Below are positions 62,612-64,000 of a stretch of 64,000 nt of DNA, piece by piece. The notes below the pieces were generated by a model. It saw only the letters and a list, made by a program, of their open reading frames with translations. It searched no databases and was not told the DNA's origin. A program made the position numbers and the translations under genes. Source of the stretch: Anthoceros angustus (taxonomy: Eukaryota; Plantae; Anthocerotophyta); the NCBI GenBank assembly GCA_010909165.1, contig MU008197.1, forward strand, positions 1 to 64,000. The letters run 5' to 3'. Numbering within the stretch: the stretch's first letter is position 1; every line of letters begins with the position of its first letter.

Positions 62612-64000
62612 ATGGGGCTCCGGCTGCTGGGCCTGCTTCTCGTGCTCTTGGTTGCTGGCAGCGTTGTTCGGGAGGCCAGTGCAGGCTATGACAATGCCTA
62701 TTCCTATGGCTTCGACCAGCCGAAGCAGGAGGTGAAGAAGCCCGAGGAGAAGCCGTACAGGAAGCCCGCGGAGCAGCCGTACAAGAAGCCCGAGGAGCAG
62801 CCCTACAAGAAGCCAGAGGAGAAGCCCTACAAGAAGCCAGAGGAGAAGCCCTACAAGAAGCCATACAAGAAGCCAGAGGAGAAGCCGTACAAGAAGCCAG
62901 AGGAGAAGCCGTACAAGAAGCCAGAGGAGAAGCCGTACAAGAAGCCTGAGGAGAAGCCGTACAAGAAGCCTGAGGAGAAGCCGTACAAGAAGCCTGAGGA
63001 GAAGCTGTACAAGAAGCCTCACCACGAGAAGCCGTACAAGAAGCCAGGAGGAGAAGCCATACAAGAAGCCAGAGGAGAAGCTATACAAGAAGCCAGAGGA
63101 GAAGCCGTACAAGAAGCCTGAGGAGAAGCCACAAGAAGCCTGAGGAGAAGCCCTACAAGAAGCCGGAGGAGAAGCCGTACAAGAAGCCTGAGGAGAAGCC
63201 GTACAAGAAGCCACAGGAGAAGCTGTACAAGAAGCCACAGGAGAAGCCGTACAAGAAGCCAGAGGAGAAGCCATACAAGCCCGAGGCGAAGCCTTACACG
63301 AAGCCTCACCACGAGAAGCCATACAAGAAGCCAGAGGAGAAGCCATACAAGAAGCCAGAGGAGAAGCCATACAAGAAGCCAGAGGAGAAGCCATACAAGA
63401 AGCCAGAGGAGAAGCCATACAAGCCAGAGGAGAAGCCATAAGAAGCCAGAGGAGAAGCCATACAAGAAGCCTGAGGAGAAGCCCTACAAGAAGCCCGAGG
63501 CCCTACAAGAAGCCGAGGACAAGCCGTACAAGCCAGAGGAGAAGCCTTACAAGAAGCCTCACCACGAGAAGCCATACAAGAAGCCAGGAGAAGCCACAAG
63601 AAGCCTGAGGAGAAGCCCTACAAGAAGCCTGAGGAGAAGCCCTACAAGAAGCCGAGGAGAAGCTGCCAAGAAGCCAGAGGAGAAGCCAGAAGCCAGAGGA
63701 GAAGCTGCAAGAAGCCTCACCACGAGAAGCCTGTACAAGCCAGAGGAGAAGCCATACAAGAAGCCAGAGGAGAAGCCATACAAGAAGCCAGGAGGAGAAG
63801 CCACAAGAAGCCAGAGAAGCCATACAAGAAGCCGAGAAGCCCTACAAGCCTGAGAAGCCCTACAAGAAGCCCGAGGACAAGCCACAAGAAGCCTGAGGAG
63901 AAGCCTTACAAGAAGCCTCACCGAGAAGCCATACAAGAAGAGGAGAAGCCTACAAGAAGCCTGAGGAGAAGCCCTACAAGAAGCCTGAGGAGAAGCCCTA
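62612..64000 (+). CDS. Secreted repetitive Lys/Pro/Glu/Tyr-rich cell-wall-type protein, (KKPEEKPY)n; runs off the window
   Basis: Signal peptide MGLRLLGLLLVLLVAGSVVREASA, then a 24 bp repeat array. Frame slips after ~63045 are probably consensus errors in the array. Confidence 0.8.

Noticed and set aside
62273-63936. Minus-strand ORFs (MASPLASC, LLWLLV and GFSSGFLY repeats)
   Set aside because: Antisense shadows of the KKPEEKPY array; the plus strand has the signal peptide and TATA box.

Overview
Eukaryotic nuclear DNA from an early-diverging land plant. It is most likely a hornwort, inferred from a PPR protein with a DYW:KP domain ending in GRP, short GT-AG introns and gene-dense GC-rich islands. 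The window has two halves. Bases ~0.7-39.6 kb are a nested transposon block. A CRE-clade non-LTR element is split by a 32 kb Copia element (TSD CAAAT). That Copia contains a second Copia-type element (TSD TGACC) holding an RTE/RTEX LINE, and a ~20 kb Sola-like DNA transposon (28 bp TIRs, TSD AAGG) holding a Gypsy fragment and a third Copia. The Sola-like element carries a second, divergently oriented and frameshifted gene that reads as ParB-like domain + beta-class amino-DNA-methyltransferase + PHD finger; this is the most novel candidate here. Bases ~39.6-64 kb are genic: PPR and P450 pseudogenes, a divergent HD-Zip I gene, an intact 8-exon CYP85-clan P450 with an inverted partial copy upstream, a PLS-PPR-DYW:KP(GRP) gene fused to an OSB-type PDF ssDNA-binding motif, an F-box gene, a tropinone-reductase-like SDR, an Ole e 1-domain gene and a secreted (KKPEEKPY)n protein. 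In the repeat half, differences between paired copies cluster at CAG/CTG sites. Many frameshifts there may therefore be long-read errors on methylated DNA rather than real lesions. No database searches were run; all family calls come from motif recognition.
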